64,000 nucleotides of DNA from assembly GCA_965235115.1 (NCBI GenBank), contig OZ249445.1, forward strand, positions 18,476,001-18,540,000, given 5' to 3'. Position 1 is the stretch's first letter. Each line of letters begins with the position of its first letter. The translations under genes were made by a program, and so were the position numbers. This stretch comes from Laetmonice hystrix. Its lineage: Eukaryota. The notes beneath the pieces were generated by a model. That model saw nothing but the letters and a program-made list of their open reading frames with translations, was not told the origin of the DNA and searched no databases. Positions 1 through 14,131 of this stretch are shown here, one piece after another.

Positions 1-51
1 TTTCCCGTTGTTGTGTAGAGCCTTCATGAATTATATTATGAGTAGAACCTG

Positions 52-149
52 CGGATTGTCGGCTGGCTGGAATCTCCTCCGGATTGTCGGCTGGAATCTC
101 CTCCGGATTGTCGGCTGGAATCTCCTCCGGATTGTCGGCTGGAATCTTT
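52..149. repeat. Minisatellite, 24-bp unit (GGATTGTCGGCTGGAATCTCCTCC), about 4 copies
   Basis: Unit read directly; it explains the repetitive ORF 8..289 (WNLLRIVG repeats). Confidence 0.9.
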
Positions 150-741
150 CACGCCGCGGCTCGATGGTGATTCATAGTTTCCCATGCCCCCCCCCCACCA
201 CCACCACCAGCACCACCAGCAGAAGCGACTTTTTGAAAAGTTTGAGCCCGAGTTGTAGAGTGGCGATCTTTATTGTAGAGTATATTTGACATTATGTGGT
301 GGATGAGAGGTAAACTTTCTCTACGTCAGAGGCTCGAACCATTCAACAGTCTTTAGGATTTCCTTCTTCTCCTCAGCTACATTGTACAGTCACTGGAACT
401 ATTTTGTTGGTGGGATTTGGATGGATATTACGGATATTACGGATATTAAACGGTGCAGGTTGAGATTGCGTGCAGAGTCTGTGCGACATGTTCTATTCCA
501 GGAAAGGTCATATCATATTTCAGTAACCCAAAACTTCTGAAAAGAATGGTTCTTCCAATCAAGAATTTCTTACATTTTAATGTTTAAAACTAATGACGTG
601 TCAGTTTATTTATTGCGTTGTTTAATTGTATAAACGTTACTTCAGCTAGCACAGAGCGGTATGGCTGTTAGAATGAGATCCATCAGATGACGGGTTCATC
701 AGTGACAGAGGGTTTAGTATTATACTTCAGCTCCAGTACCA

Positions 742-982
742 TTAGTGTAAGTAGAGATAGTACTCGTATACATGTAGGCCTATATAGAGTTAGTGTAAGT
801 AGAGATAGTACTCGTGTACATGTAGGCCTATATAGAGTTAGTGTAAGTAGAGATAGTACTCGTATACATGTAGGCCTATATAGAGTTAGTATAAGTAGAG
901 ATAGTACTCGTATACATGTAGGCCTATATAGAGTTAGTGTAAGTAGAGATAGTACTCGTATACATGTAGGCCTATATAGAGT
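742..982. repeat. Minisatellite, 48-bp unit, 5 copies
   Basis: TTAGTGTAAGTAGAGATAGTACTCGTATACATGTAGGCCTATATAGAG repeated; matches the 16-aa periodicity of ORFs 683..985 and 687..1115. Confidence 0.95.
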
Positions 983-1664
983 CAATACCTCCTACTTTGA
1001 TATTGGTGTGGCAATCATGGGATGGTCGTGCCGTGACGTCATCCGTCTAGCCGTAGGCTGTGGACGAGAACAATGGGCAGACTTTTGCTATGTGATTTCT
1101 CCGGGAGGTTTGTGAGAAAGGATGAAGTTTGGGCACACTGGTGACACAGGTAATTGTCATCACATTGAGTGTGATTAGGGCCATGATGAAAGTGCTGCCC
1201 GTCATCACATATATGAGCCAGGCATAGGCTTACATATAACACATGTTATACTCGGATTGAAATACAGACCTACCTAGGTAGATGGCAAGATGTTATTCAG
1301 GTAGATGTTAGAGAGTCATGAATGGTCATGCACTGAAACTTATAGACCCTTCTGGCGGAACAAATGGGAAAGTTTCTATCTGCCTGCGGTCAGGTTGAGT
1401 GTGTTCATACATCAGACGGTGTGTAGACAGGCCCGTACCTCCATCATCTTCACTGGCACGAGGTATGAAGTATGAAAATACTCAAATTAAATGGGGACAT
1501 TAGAATAGGCGGGGAATAATTTATTTTCCATAAGTGGTTGACCTTATTCAACACCAGAAAAATGTTTGTCTGAAGATGACCTCGCCGGCTCGAGCTGAGC
1601 TTCTAGCAGCTGCAGGCCTGATTCCGTGACAGGAAGTAAAATGGCCCTCATATTTAGGGTGCAC

Positions 1665-1842
1665 GGACATTTGGGCCACGGACAATTGGGCCACGGGCGT
1701 TTTGGGCCACGAACCTGCAACCTAGGACATTTTGGCCACGTGTTCAGGGTTAGGGTTAAGGTTAGGGTTAGGGATTAGTGTTAGGTTTGCAGGTTCGTGG
1801 CCCAAAACGACCGTGGCCCAAATGTCCGTGGCCCAAATGTTC
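1665..1842. mobile_element. Palindromic MITE-like element with central telomere-like (TTAGGG)n repeats
   Basis: Left arm GGACATTTGGGCCACGGACAATTGGGCCACGGGCGTTTTGGGCCACGAACCTGCAACC is the near-perfect reverse complement of the right arm GGTTTGCAGGTTCGTGGCCCAAAACGACCGTGGCCCAAATGTCCGTGGCCCAAATGTT; the centre is CAGGGTTAGGGTTAAGGTTAGGGTTAGGGATTAG. Confidence 0.7.
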
Positions 1843-3214
1843 TACATTCCTGATTTAGTTGGCACTGAGTTAGTCGGCCTTCCAGCTCTAGCTACAGTAC
1901 CTGTCTGACCAGGTAGGGCGGGTCCGGTGAAGAAATCCGGAATTCTACAGCTGACATGGAGTTTTGTCGTAAAACAGAAGTGAAGACATGCAAAGATATG
2001 AAGATATGTTGAGAACAGAAGTTTTAGTGTAGCTTTCTGCACCTGTGATTTTACTTGAGGCGGAGAGAGTAGTATCAGAATTCATATCAGCCAGTCAAAA
2101 AATACAATGTGCAGAGTTAACAATATATCCATTTACTTGCTTTATCTACTCGCTGCTTATCTCCAGTGTTTTAGTGCGTATGCTGCACATTTGAAGTCTT
2201 ACACCATTATTTCGGTCTCAGGTAGTGGACTGCGATGCCATCTTTGCCGGTTGCCGTGAAATGACTGAATATGTGGGGGAGTTGTTTCCCGTTTGTTCGT
2301 GAGGGCACCAGACCTTCCTACATCACCATGGTGGAATACCAAAGTAGTTCAGTGTTCATATTTGGTTACTTTGTCTGCCGCCGGCGTTGTCTGCAAGGCG
2401 TTAGTGAGGTTGTAGTAGAGGAGGAGGTATGTGGGTGGTTGTCGTGTGGTGGTTGTCCTTCGGTTGTCCTACCATTGGTGGCCTCAGTGTGAGCAGGGCA
2501 TTGAGCAGGAGATGGAAGTCGTCGGTAGGTGTTTAGTCACCCTGCCAACACTCACACGCCCAATACAATTAGCTCTGATCGACACAACCATGGCCCACCC
2601 TTATTTATTCCATTCATGGCGGCAACATGGGGCAAATAAAACACTTCTGCTGATGGCACCGAGAAATTGGTTATACCAGCAGAACAACCTCACCTCGGAA
2701 TACGACGGTAAATGAAACCGTAACTGCTGCAGGAGAGAAGAATTTTCAAACAGGTCGGTTCAGTCCCCTGAAGGTCGTGAATATTTGAAGGTCATCCACA
2801 GCGTCTCGCCCAAGGTCACGTTAAGCGTGTTGTCTGTGTGAAATGTCTGGAGGTGGCGTCCGGGGTCGGGCAGCTACCAGGGACGCCCTCTGGAGGGAGT
2901 CGGCGGTACTGAGATAGAGTTAGCTAGAGATGTGCCACGAACTGCCGGGGGAATCCAGTGGAGAATTGTGAGGATGAGGAATAATTAATGTGGCTCACTG
3001 ATGGCAAAACGTAAGAAGTTATCAGATAGGTTCGGTACAGGTGTTTTTTTTAACATAAAGAGTAGAAGAATAATTGCATGATGCAAGAATTAAATATTGT
3101 ATAAATATCGGACTAAAGGCGGGGTGGAGGAAGTTTGGTTGAGTTTGGCTCTCAACATTTCCGAATGGACCACGTCATTCAGGATACTGAGTTGCGTTTG
3201 CTTCAGTTGAGATT

Positions 3215-3439
3215 TAGCCTGGTATGACTTCACATAGCCTGGTATGACTTCACATAGCCTGGTATGACTTCACATAGCCTGGTATGACTTCACATAGCCT
3301 GGTATGACTTCACATAGCCTGGTATGACTTCACATAGCCTGGTATGACTTCACATAGCCTGGTATGACTTCACATAGCCTGGTATGACTTCACATAGCCT
3401 GGTATGACTTCACATAGCCTGGTATGACTTCACATAGCC
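3215..3439. repeat. Minisatellite, 20-bp unit (TAGCCTGGTATGACTTCACA), about 11 perfect copies
   Basis: Read directly from sequence. Confidence 0.97.
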
Positions 3440-6400
3440 CAAAGAGAAAACGAATTAGTTTACTTAAATCAGATGTAGTACTACTTGGTATCGGTACTCT
3501 ATCTGACCTGTTTGTGATGTTGAGGCTCTGATCTTGAACTGATGTCTTTGTTAAGGGCAGATTGTGTTGGTAAAGGCCGAGGAGATCTGTCTCTTACAAA
3601 TGGCCATGGAGAATGGGATCGGATGCAGTGAGATGGCCGGAGTAACTCTACTCATCCTGGGTTGGGCTCACATTCTTACTTTGAATGGCAAGGTCTCTTA
3701 TTAAAGTACCGGAGACGGGGATGAAGAAAGTCGACCCCATACCGCCATACTTGAACACACCTCACAAAGTCGTCACTGAGACTTCTCCTGTTTCCCGAAA
3801 TGATAGGCATTGAATCCCAAGGTGAAATTAATTTTACGTACGCATTGTGGGCCAAGTTATTCTCTTGTTACACGACATGGAAGAATTGGATGTAAATAAC
3901 TAAAAGCGGGCAGCCAATGTAAGGACAGTTGGATCATTATCCCCTCCATGGCGTCAACGCGAGTGTGGTGTGCTTGGTGATTGGCCTGAACTGACGAAGC
4001 CGAAGTTCTCCATCGCCCTGCGGGTTTACTTCTATCTTTGAGAGCTTGCAGTTTCAGCACGCAAAGGTTGGCGGCGGGCTCTGCTGGTCTGTCGAGGACT
4101 GTGTGGACGCCAGGGGGTGGGCAACAGGTGGGGGATGGATCCAGGAGGAGAGAGCTCAGGTCTACATCCAGTGACGGCCGGGAGGTAGACACCTGGAGAT
4201 TGAGGTCATTCCGGGTCAGGATCTCTAACATCCTGCCTCAGTCCCCCAGGTTACAGACCGTTCTCTTAGCGTGGACTCCTGACCTTTGGTGAATGATCGA
4301 AGATGTCAAAGATTTGTAAACCCATTCACAGAGACCACACCCCTCCAGGGACTGGTGACAATATGGGGATCGAACCTGGGAGTGGGGGAAAGGTTGGGGT
4401 GATGGGAGGGAGGGAGAAGGGGTTATTGATGGTAGTAACTGGTTGATGCTTGTGTCCCCTGGGAGTAAATTCTGGGAGATTGGTATTGACAAACATGAGT
4501 GTGGCGATGAGACTGAGATTGACTCAGTGTGGGAGGAAGGCGAGCCGACCCAACACCCTGCTGTCTTATCAGGCTTCGGCAGCGATGTGGGTTGTCGGGC
4601 TGGCGGTGCCGAAAGATCGCTTCAGTCTTTCATGCCCTGATACACCCGGTAAAAAGTATATCCTCCCACGTGGCGACATCCTCCACTACCAATCATGGTC
4701 CCGCTACGGTGGCGCCCCCGCGTGGCAGACGCCGTATGTATTGGGACGCCATCGGGGGAATACAAGATATCATGTGATCGAGCGGCCTCAAGTGTTCCTT
4801 TGACCATTCGCTCCGGATGTGTTAGTGCGCACATTTGTGGCCAACAGAACTAGGGCTAATACAGTGATCAAGAGTTCTGTGTACTGGGTAACAGTGGGTA
4901 GACCCGTGTGTGAAACCCGTCAGCAGGCGGGGGGATGATCTAACCGGATTCTAGAGCTAATCTAGCCGAGCTGTAATGAGTGGAGGTGTAAAAAGGCGGG
5001 CCTCAGGTCCCCTGGTAGAAGTGATTGCCAGGCGGCTAGCGGACGGATCCCCCCTTATCTCTGCTAACAGCCTATATGAATGAGAAATCGGATATCATTT
5101 CGTGAGTGGCGTGGTCATGTTTCCATTTTAATTCGGAATTGATTCCAGATTTCCAGGACCGTCTCAGATTTATTGTCAGGATAACGTTAGGTTTCTTACC
5201 AGTGATTGTTATTTCTGACAGTATTTTAAGATGTTTATGGATTTTATTAATTAAAACGAATGAGTATCAACTCAATTCAATTAGTGATTATTAAACTGCA
5301 CTTTGTATTTGTCATCTTTTTTTGGCCGTTATGTAGCAATCTTTTCGTGAACGCATTCACGTAAACGCCGTTGTTATGAATGTTTTAAAGCTAAACCATG
5401 TTGTCCAGTGTTTTTTTGTTTTTTTGTTTAATAACATAACAAAGTATCCGGTCTTCCGTCTCTTCTGCTCTGGACTCAAATGAAATATTCGAGTTGGTTA
5501 CAATAAATACGTTACATAAGGTATGGTGACAAAGGTGTGGTAGGGTTTGTTGTACAAAACGGCAGAAAGCTGTGAGTCCAGAGATGTGTGTTTGTTGGAG
5601 CAGATATTATACAAGGAGTACCAGTTTCAAATCATGAACTGATCTCCAAGGCTTTCTCCCAAGGCTTTCTCCCAAGGCTTTCTCCAAGTTCTGCTGTTTA
5701 CCAGCGGAAGAAGAAGTGGTTCTGTTTTTGTCGGGAGTTCCTGTTTAATTTGTTTATATCGACGTTCGTATCTGTGACCTTTTCACCTCGGTAAAACATC
5801 TAGTATCCGAAACGTTTTTCTACGTCTTATCGCAAAATGAGGAGCGTCTAGATAAGAAGGGTCATAAGTTATTCATGTACAGGAAGTTTGTAGTTATTGA
5901 TTCACATCCAGGCGTAGGTGTCCGACTTTTGTTAGGGGAGAACGGGGTTTGAGTAGTCTGCGCAATGTAGAAAAAATGCTCTGGCACACGGCTGTAATGA
6001 GACAATAATGAGCTGTTGTGTAAGTTGACATCCCAGGCTCGGCTGGAGGATGTCTCCAGGGGCTCGGTGGGGTCCTCAGGTAGTGACTGGAGAAGAAGGA
6101 GCCTGCTCACTGATAGGGAAAGACTCCAGGCAGGCCCCTGTTGGTGACTCCGCGGTCGTGCCATTGCTTGGTGTGTAATTGGTGAGGCCTGAACTGTGAA
6201 GGAGGGACGGGGTGGATGGCCGGAGGGTGGCAGCCCCAGTCATTACATGGTGTAGATCATTACCATGTGGGCACCTGGGATATCATATTGAAATTATGTA
6301 TATTCTTCCACCTCCTTCAGTAGGGAAGAGGCGGTGATATATTGGTAGGGTCAGGGTTCAAACGAAGGGCGGAAGGCACCCACCCACCAGATATGGCTGG

Positions 6401-9400
6401 TAAATGGAAAGTCTGGAAATTTTCATTATGAATTTTATTGCAAGATTATTTTATACTTCCAGTACTTACATAAGCTGACATCACCTGCAGTTCTCATTTT
6501 ATTACGTTGGTAGTAATTAATTAAATAATCATATAAAGCCGTGAGAGTTTATTAATTGATGAATTATGATATTTTCACTGGTGATTATTGTTATTAATAG
6601 ATTCACCACATGTGAAATGAGTTGACATGAAGCTTTTCTAACCATCTTCATTGTCGGACACAATACCTGTATGATGAAACTGTTAGCTTTTCCACTTCTC
6701 ATATATCATCATAGGTATTACTTGACATTCTGTAAAAAAAAGTAAGAGTCTTGAAAGAGCTTGCATCTCTCTCTGGCAATAAATTATAACTTCGCTCCTG
6801 TGTATATACACATATATTCGACAAAAGAAACAAAATAGTCGCCCGTAATAGAACTGCGCAAGTATACAAAGAAAAACATATTTGACGCCATGAAATTAGT
6901 TTCTGTTGAAAAAAGGCGGGAACATTTCGTTTGGAGATGTCGATAGTGTAGACATACGCACGTTAACGATACCAGTATGTCTGACTGCGGTGTTTTTATG
7001 GTAGCAATTTTGACTTGTCATAACAGGAAAGGAATTGTTCTCCATACATGTCTACATGCCAATATCTGGTCAGAAATAGTCGCATAAATATGAATGTATG
7101 AGGTATCTGTGCTGTTTTTGTAAAGTTTGATTTGAAAACCAGGTTGGATTGTCTCCCTATAGATGTAAGGCGTATAATGTCGCGGTGACATGCTGCATGC
7201 CCCCCCCCCGGCGTGGACAGAGAGTCTGTAATTCCCGGTGACGTACATCAAACAGTGGAGACTCGTGAATCATAAAGTGCGCCGGTTAATGTGGGGTTGG
7301 GCGGTTGATTTTAGGATAGGCGATTGGTGGGGAAGAAGATAATTCTAGGTGTGTGCTTTCAGCCGGGGTTTAAGGTAAACTTGGAAGTTGGTTGACCTGG
7401 AGGAGGAGGGGGGGGGGGGTCGGTGCGGTTGAAAGCTAGGTCCTTGATTGATGAAAGCAATGAGCTAGTTGGCCTGTGCCTGGACCCCAAGGTTTCCATA
7501 CAATGGTTGAAATCTCAATTGTTAATGTCGGGTTTTTGGACATTACTAGAAACAGAAGGACGAGCTCACGGATATACTTTATCTGTGTGTGGAATAGGTA
7601 TGGCCTTGAGGAGGTATGCAATCACATCCATCTCTGTGGCCGTCATAATATACGCCATGAATCATGACCCGGTATGCATGTTCTCTCCTTCTTCGAAGAA
7701 GAGAGAATTCTGTTGGTCTCTCCTTCTTCAAGTAAAGAGTTTTCACCCAGCGTGCCTAGTGGTGGGCTGAGATAGATAAGTCCCTGGATTATTAGCCAGT
7801 CGCAGACGGCGAAGGTTAGGTTTAGGGTTAGTCTCAATTTGTTTCCTTGTGATCAGGACCATAACACTGTCTCCGGATTTATCGTTGACTTGTCACTGGA
7901 CCAGAGGCCCGCCCAGTCTCCTTGACCACACTTCAACTGGTCAAGGTGGGGCCGCCCACCATATCAGTCAGACGAGGTCTCAGTCGCCAACGCATTGCTC
8001 GAAAAAAACTACAACTGTGGGATTATATGGCAGGGCAAGTTGAACAATTCCCGATTGAGTCCTTCTGACATGAAAAGTAAATAAAAACAGTTTACAAAAG
8101 CAGTATCGGTGGCTTTTGTTTACTGTTGGCGAGTGTAGCCTGGGTGACAAAAGGCGGTGTCCTATCGCCACAACAATGGTCTGGTCACAATGAGGTCTAT
8201 GACAGTACCAGACACCGATTGTACTAGTTTACACAGCACATGATAACAATAAAATAACGTTTTCATCTTCCAACAATTCAGCTCCCAATATTTCATCTCG
8301 CCACAGTTGGTGTATCACTTTACAATCTAGTTGAAGTAGGATGTTTGGATTCGCAATCTTCAATAAAATGGCGGTCATAAAATGACAATTTTCCTTGATT
8401 CTACTTTCTATGCGTTTTGTTACAGATAATGCTGCACTTTGGATGTGTTATCTTCTGAAACTTTTCTGTGGAATGGAGTTCTTGCTCCTTAAACTTCAGG
8501 TTAAATCTCCCTTCTGGGTCATCATTTCCTTTGAATTGTATTTTTGAATAGAATGAAGGGCTGCTGTCTTGCCTCCTTTGTTGGTGCGTCCTGTTGGATT
8601 TTTCACATGATTGCGAAGTGATCTCTGACAATGCGGACGTTGTGGCGGAGTGTTCGGGGAAGTGGCTCCATGGTTGAAATGGCTGTAGTCTGCATGGGCT
8701 CGTTCATCAACGCTGCCTCATCCGTCACTTTCCGCGAGACACAGAGGCAGCTTAAAACAACCATCAATCAAATTTTGAAAGTCCCATGAAATTAGAAAGT
8801 CAAAAGGAGAGCGTCCAGCTTCAGCCTGACCGTGGAGGCCGGGTGGAAGCGATGTAACGTCTGTTGTCTCTTGACCGCAGTCTCTCCCTGTTCAGATCTT
8901 TGAACACGGATGGCTGTTCACCAAGCATGTGAAATATTCACGAGCACAGAAAGAAAATCAAGAACGATAATTACTGGCTGGCATGGAGTGGTAGCGAGGC
9001 TATTTATAGACAGATTCGCCTAATTCAGTTCCATGTAGCATACCTTGTATGTTATTAGTTGTGTAGAGATATTACGGTTCCTGGTAGATGAAACCAGCAT
9101 CCCAATAGTCACGAGGACTTTATAAAGTAGTATCATGTCGACATAACGGAGTCTTACAAACATTTACGGATTACAACAGGCCCTGCAAGGGAGGTCCTAC
9201 AAACGCCAGGAAATTACAGCCTTGGTAAATGGCATGACGGGCTCCTGCCACCAACCTACCAATGGTAACATTATAAGGGGCTCGTACATGCTCCTGCAAA
9301 CAGCTTTCAGATGGCGCCATGAATAAAGAGTATCGGCAGCCTGTAGATGGCAACAGACTGGCGGTGTGACGACCGGGGGCATGCCTCACATGATCTTAGT

Positions 9401-11730
9401 CACCTCCACAACACCTGAACATTCCTCGACTGCCACACAAACAGCACTTTATGCCATCATCCAGCGCCCAACGTTTATTAACAGCCTACCTGAGTACCAG
9501 AGGGCTGTCATTATCACCTTTGAGATCCACCTACTGTCTGCTGGCACTGAACACGTCCCGTCTCTGGCCTATCTCTGTTTGTATGCCGAGGTAACGAGCT
9601 ATAATATTCCAATTGTGGTCACTTAGAAACTTGACGATCATAGTGGGCTCGGTGCAGATTTAAAACACCGATATATACAGCTATTCATTCTACAGGCTGA
9701 CAGTGTGTAGAGAAAAGGTGACAACGACTACAATATAATGCTGCTGTGTCTTTGAGTCTGTGCGATCAAACAAAGTGTTGTCATATGTGGGAAGGGTTTT
9801 TTTTGGTGAAGAGAGGGAAGGGGATGATTTTGGATAATTTGGACCGGTATATTAGTGGATCGAGTGTGCTATAGGTACGGATCACAAAGTCGGGTCACAC
9901 AGGTACAGCATACATTGAAATCACGGATCGTTACAATAGAGGGCTAACATAAGTTCTTTTCTTTATGTCTGCTTGAGTTGTATACCCGTCGACCTATGAA
10001 ACCGCGTATTCGTATTCGCGTGTTCGTGACTCGGCTAAGCTTAAATGATTTTAACAAACAGGTATGTGGTGGATATAGGGATAGTGTTCAATGATCTTGT
10101 ATTCTTGTGATCAATGATCACGAGTACCCGTGGATTGTTGCTGCGTTGTAACTTCAAGTGTGTGGCATTCTTTTTGTGGATCTATCAATACGAAATCATA
10201 TTTAAAACTTTAATTACAAATTTCATATATCCAAATGTAATTTTCCGCATCAAAGACATTTAATTTAATTTAATTTCATCAAATCTCGTATGTATATATC
10301 TTGATATAAAAGGTGTATTACAGTACTGATTATTTCATAAACGAACATTTGAAATCGGGTAACCAGAGCTATACTCAGTGAGCATTGACAAAGGGGAAAA
10401 TATTAGCGCTGTAAAGTTCTACGTTCTTCTCGTGGAGATTGATATAGTGAGTTTTTGATAGTGTGTCCATAGTTGTGATATTTAAATTGGCCAGATGCCA
10501 GACACCACCGGCGATCAGATGCCGGTTACGGCCAGGTCAGATGGCAGACACCACCAACTGTCATCACCAGCGGTCCCCACAGTTGCCATGACGACGGTAG
10601 GGAACACCGATTGGGAGTCTGTGTCAAGGTGTTGGTCCAGAGGCCACACCCCTAGACTGATGTCGACTAGACCCAGTCTGTCACAGGATGTAGACCACAT
10701 CCCGTGATCACCGACCACTTAGTCGCAAACACCCGGTCTGGGGGTTGGCCGTTTTTTTTGTCTGTGGAAATTCTGTCTTTGGATATAAGATAGAATTGAG
10801 CAGCCATGCTGTGGCGGTTTCCCGGTGGAGCAATTTGATACTGAAGGGCCAGAGCCCTGCATGTCAATTGATATCCAGCTAATATAAGTGCTGTTCAGGT
10901 AACGGTGGGAGGTGGAGGGGACGCAGTGACGGAAAGTGGCAGTGATGGTTACAGTGCTGCCGTCCGCAGTAACAAGCCAGCTGGGAAAATTAGCCGAGTG
11001 CAAATCAGTGTGTCAACTAGGGATGACAAATTAGTGTTAAGTCACTGGTATTTCTACTCATTATTCCCTCCATGTTATGACAACGTGAATGGCAGTTAAG
11101 TTTTCAGTTGATGTATGAGCTGAAATGAGAGAAAATGTTTTAGATTTCCCATAGAGGAATGATAAGCCCTAGAGGTGATTAATAGGAGAAAAAGGTTTAG
11201 AATCCTGGTAGAGTTTGTCGTGAGATGTTTCCGCATGAGTTGTGAATATTGCTATCTGCAGTTTGATTACCATTACAATTAAACAGCCCGGCTGTGAAAT
11301 ATTCAGATTGTTTGCCAACTGACTCTGTCTGAGTAAATGAAAGCCCTTGTCTTACATCAGTGTGTATTGTCAAGAATACGTCGTCCAATCACTCTTGGAC
11401 GAATTTAATGGAATCAAGTTTGAGAAGTGAAAATTGGCTAGTTGGAAGTCGTCTAGTGGTGAGAGGATATACGAGGAGTAATCACGTCATGTTTGGGATA
11501 CAAAGGTCTGTATTTGTTGTCTGTCACTGTCCATTAGGTTGTCGGACATGTCTGCTCGAATCTACCTCCGCCTACAGGATAACGTAACCTGGCACAACCA
11601 ATCAGAGGTCGTCTCTCATCTAAAGGCTGACCTTCAGGCCACCTCTTATGTTAGCCATCACGACTGTCACCATGAGACGACGCGCAATCAGTACGTTGAC
11701 AACTGCGACCTTTCACGTGGTTTCCAATGA

Positions 11731-11857
11731 TGAACGGATGTTACCGCCAGACTATTATTGTAAAGCTATTGTCGGCGTATAAAGAAAGTTTCCGATAGTG
11801 AACGAATGTTACCGTCAGACTGTTATTGTAAAGCTATTGTCGGCGTATAAAGAAAGT
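11731..11857. repeat. Direct duplication of about 59 bp (period 68)
   Basis: TGAACG(G/A)ATGTTACCG(C/T)CAGACT(A/G)TTATTGTAAAGCTATTGTCGGCGTATAAAGAAAGT occurs twice. Confidence 0.85.
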
Positions 11858-12803
11858 GTATGTTGAGGTAGTGTACGAGTATAAGAACTGTGTATAAGAA
11901 ATTGGTGCTATCAAATGGTTTGTCTTTCAGGTATAGAACGAAGACCTCCCCCCTGCTAGACCTAACAAAATAGAATACACACAGAATAGTGACTTTAATA
12001 TTATGACCCCCCCCCCAACAAAATTAGGAAATGGATTGGTCCCTCTTATGAAACCCCCCATGAGGGTACATCAAAATCGTGACCAAAAACTGTTAATAGT
12101 ACAAAAAATAATCTTCTGAACATAGGGCCCCGCTACTGGACAAGTTTGACAAACGTGTCTGGAATCATCTCCGGCTTCAAGTTTTATTGTCGATTTTAGG
12201 GCGAATCGTCAAGGGGAACAATAGTACCAATGAAGCGTGAAAAAAAGAGAACTGATAGGCAGTAAATAGGTGTTTATGTTGAAGACATTATTGGTGGAAT
12301 TGTTGCTAAGATTATGCCTGGCCATGCAACCCTTGTGGTGCTTGATTTGGGATCTGTCGTCACGCCACGGCTATGGCCACGGCTATGGCTCAGAGGGTTG
12401 GTATCCTGCAATTTGGTGCTCTTTGTTTGCCCTTTGTTTGCCCTTGTCATCTACGTGTGAATTGTGCAGGCCCTTTTGTAGGCGGATGTCCTTTGACAGG
12501 GGTTGCATGTCCATGCTAGAACTCTTCATCAACATTTTCAAGTGACAGGTGCTGCTAAGAACGGTTAGCTTAACTTCGCGTTTAGTATTGTACAAGACAC
12601 AACCAAGGTTGCTATTTTCGGCAAAGTATTAGCTTCACAGATTCGACTGTGAAAGAAGATTGTTTTCACGTGGACCACTAGCCATTTAGAAAGCAAATGA
12701 ACATGAAAAGATAAATTTACTAGTTATTGTCCTTTGAAGAAGAAAGACTGGTTTGAATCCTTACAAGATTTCAGGAGATGTTTGGTGACCTGATTCCCTG
12801 AAA

Positions 12804-14131
12804 CCCATGGGATGACCTCATTCACTGAGACCCATGGGATGACCTCATTCACTGAGACCCATGGGATGACCTCATTCACTGAGAGACCCACGGGATGACC
12901 TCATTCACTGAGAGACCCACGGGATGACCTCATTCACTGAGAGACCCATGGGATGACCTCATTCACTGAGAGACCCATGGAATGACCTCATTCACTGAGA
13001 CCCATGGGATGACCTCATTCACTGAGAGACCCACGGGAGGACCTCATTCACTGAGAGACCCACGGGATGACCTCATTCACTGAGAAACCCATGGGATGAC
13101 CTCATTCACTGAGAGACCCATGGAATGACCTCATTCACTGAGACCCATGGGATGACCTCATTCACTGAGACCCATGGGATGACCTCATTCACTGAGACCC
13201 ATGGGATGACCTCATTCACTGAGAGACCCATGGGATGACCTCATTCACTGCGAGACCCACGGGATGACCTCATTCACTGAAAGACCCATGGGATGACCTC
13301 ATTCACTGAGAGACCCCTGGGATGACCTCATTCACTGAGAGACCCCTGGGATGACCTCAGTCACTGAGAGACCTATGGGGTGACCTCATTCACTGAGAGA
13401 CCCATGGGATGACCTCATTCACTGAGAGACCCATGGGATGACCTCATTCACTGAGAGACCCATGGCATGATCTCATTCACTGAGAGACCCATGGGATGAC
13501 CTCATTCACTGAGAGACCCATGGGATGACCTCATTCACTGAGAGACCCATGGGATGACCTCATTCACCGAGACCCATGGGATGACCTCATTCACTGAGAC
13601 CCATGGGATGACCTCATTCACTGAGTGACCCATGGAATGACCTCATTCACTGAGAGACCCACGGGATGACCTCATTCACTGAGACCCATGGGATGACCTC
13701 ATTCACTCAGAGACCCACGGGAGGACCTCATTCACTGAGAGACCCATGGGATGACCTCATTCACTGCGAGACCCACGGGATGACCTCATTCACTGAGAGA
13801 CCCATGGGATGACCTCATTCACTGAGAGACCCATGGGATGACCTCATTCACTGAGACCCATGGGATGACCTCATTCACTGAGTTACCCATGGAATGACCT
13901 CATTCACTGAGAGACCCACGGGATGACCTCATTCACTGAGACCCATGGGATGACCTCATTCACTGAGAGACCCACGGGAGGACCTCATTCACTGAGAGAC
14001 CCATGGGATGACCTCATTCACTGCGAGACCCACGGGATGACCTCATTCACTGAGAGACCCATGGGATGACCTCATTCACTGAGACCCATGGGATGACCTC
14101 ATTCACTGAGAGACCCATGGGATGACCTCAT
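12804..14131. repeat. Minisatellite, 27/29-bp unit (CCCATGGGATGACCTCATTCACTGAGA[GA]), about 47 copies
   Basis: Read directly; units vary by a GA indel and a few substitutions. Confidence 0.97.

Noticed and set aside
1000-1400. Possible class A GPCR pseudogene fragment on the - strand (CK/AYAWLIYVMTGSTFIMALITL)
   Set aside because: TM3-like hydrophobic stretch only; needs a frameshift, lacks DRY, and flanking helices are not convincing.
2200-5100. GC-richer segment with Pro/Ser/Thr-rich - strand ORFs, suggestive of a decayed retroelement (similar character at 19770-20450)
   Set aside because: No RT, integrase or recombinase motif could be recognised; family cannot be supported.
5150-5700. 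Possible L1/Tx1 endonuclease remnant on the - strand (LLQQTH, V.I..N.N..F.....DRIL)
   Set aside because: Only weak motif resemblance across stops and frameshifts; needs TBLASTN or an HMM to support.
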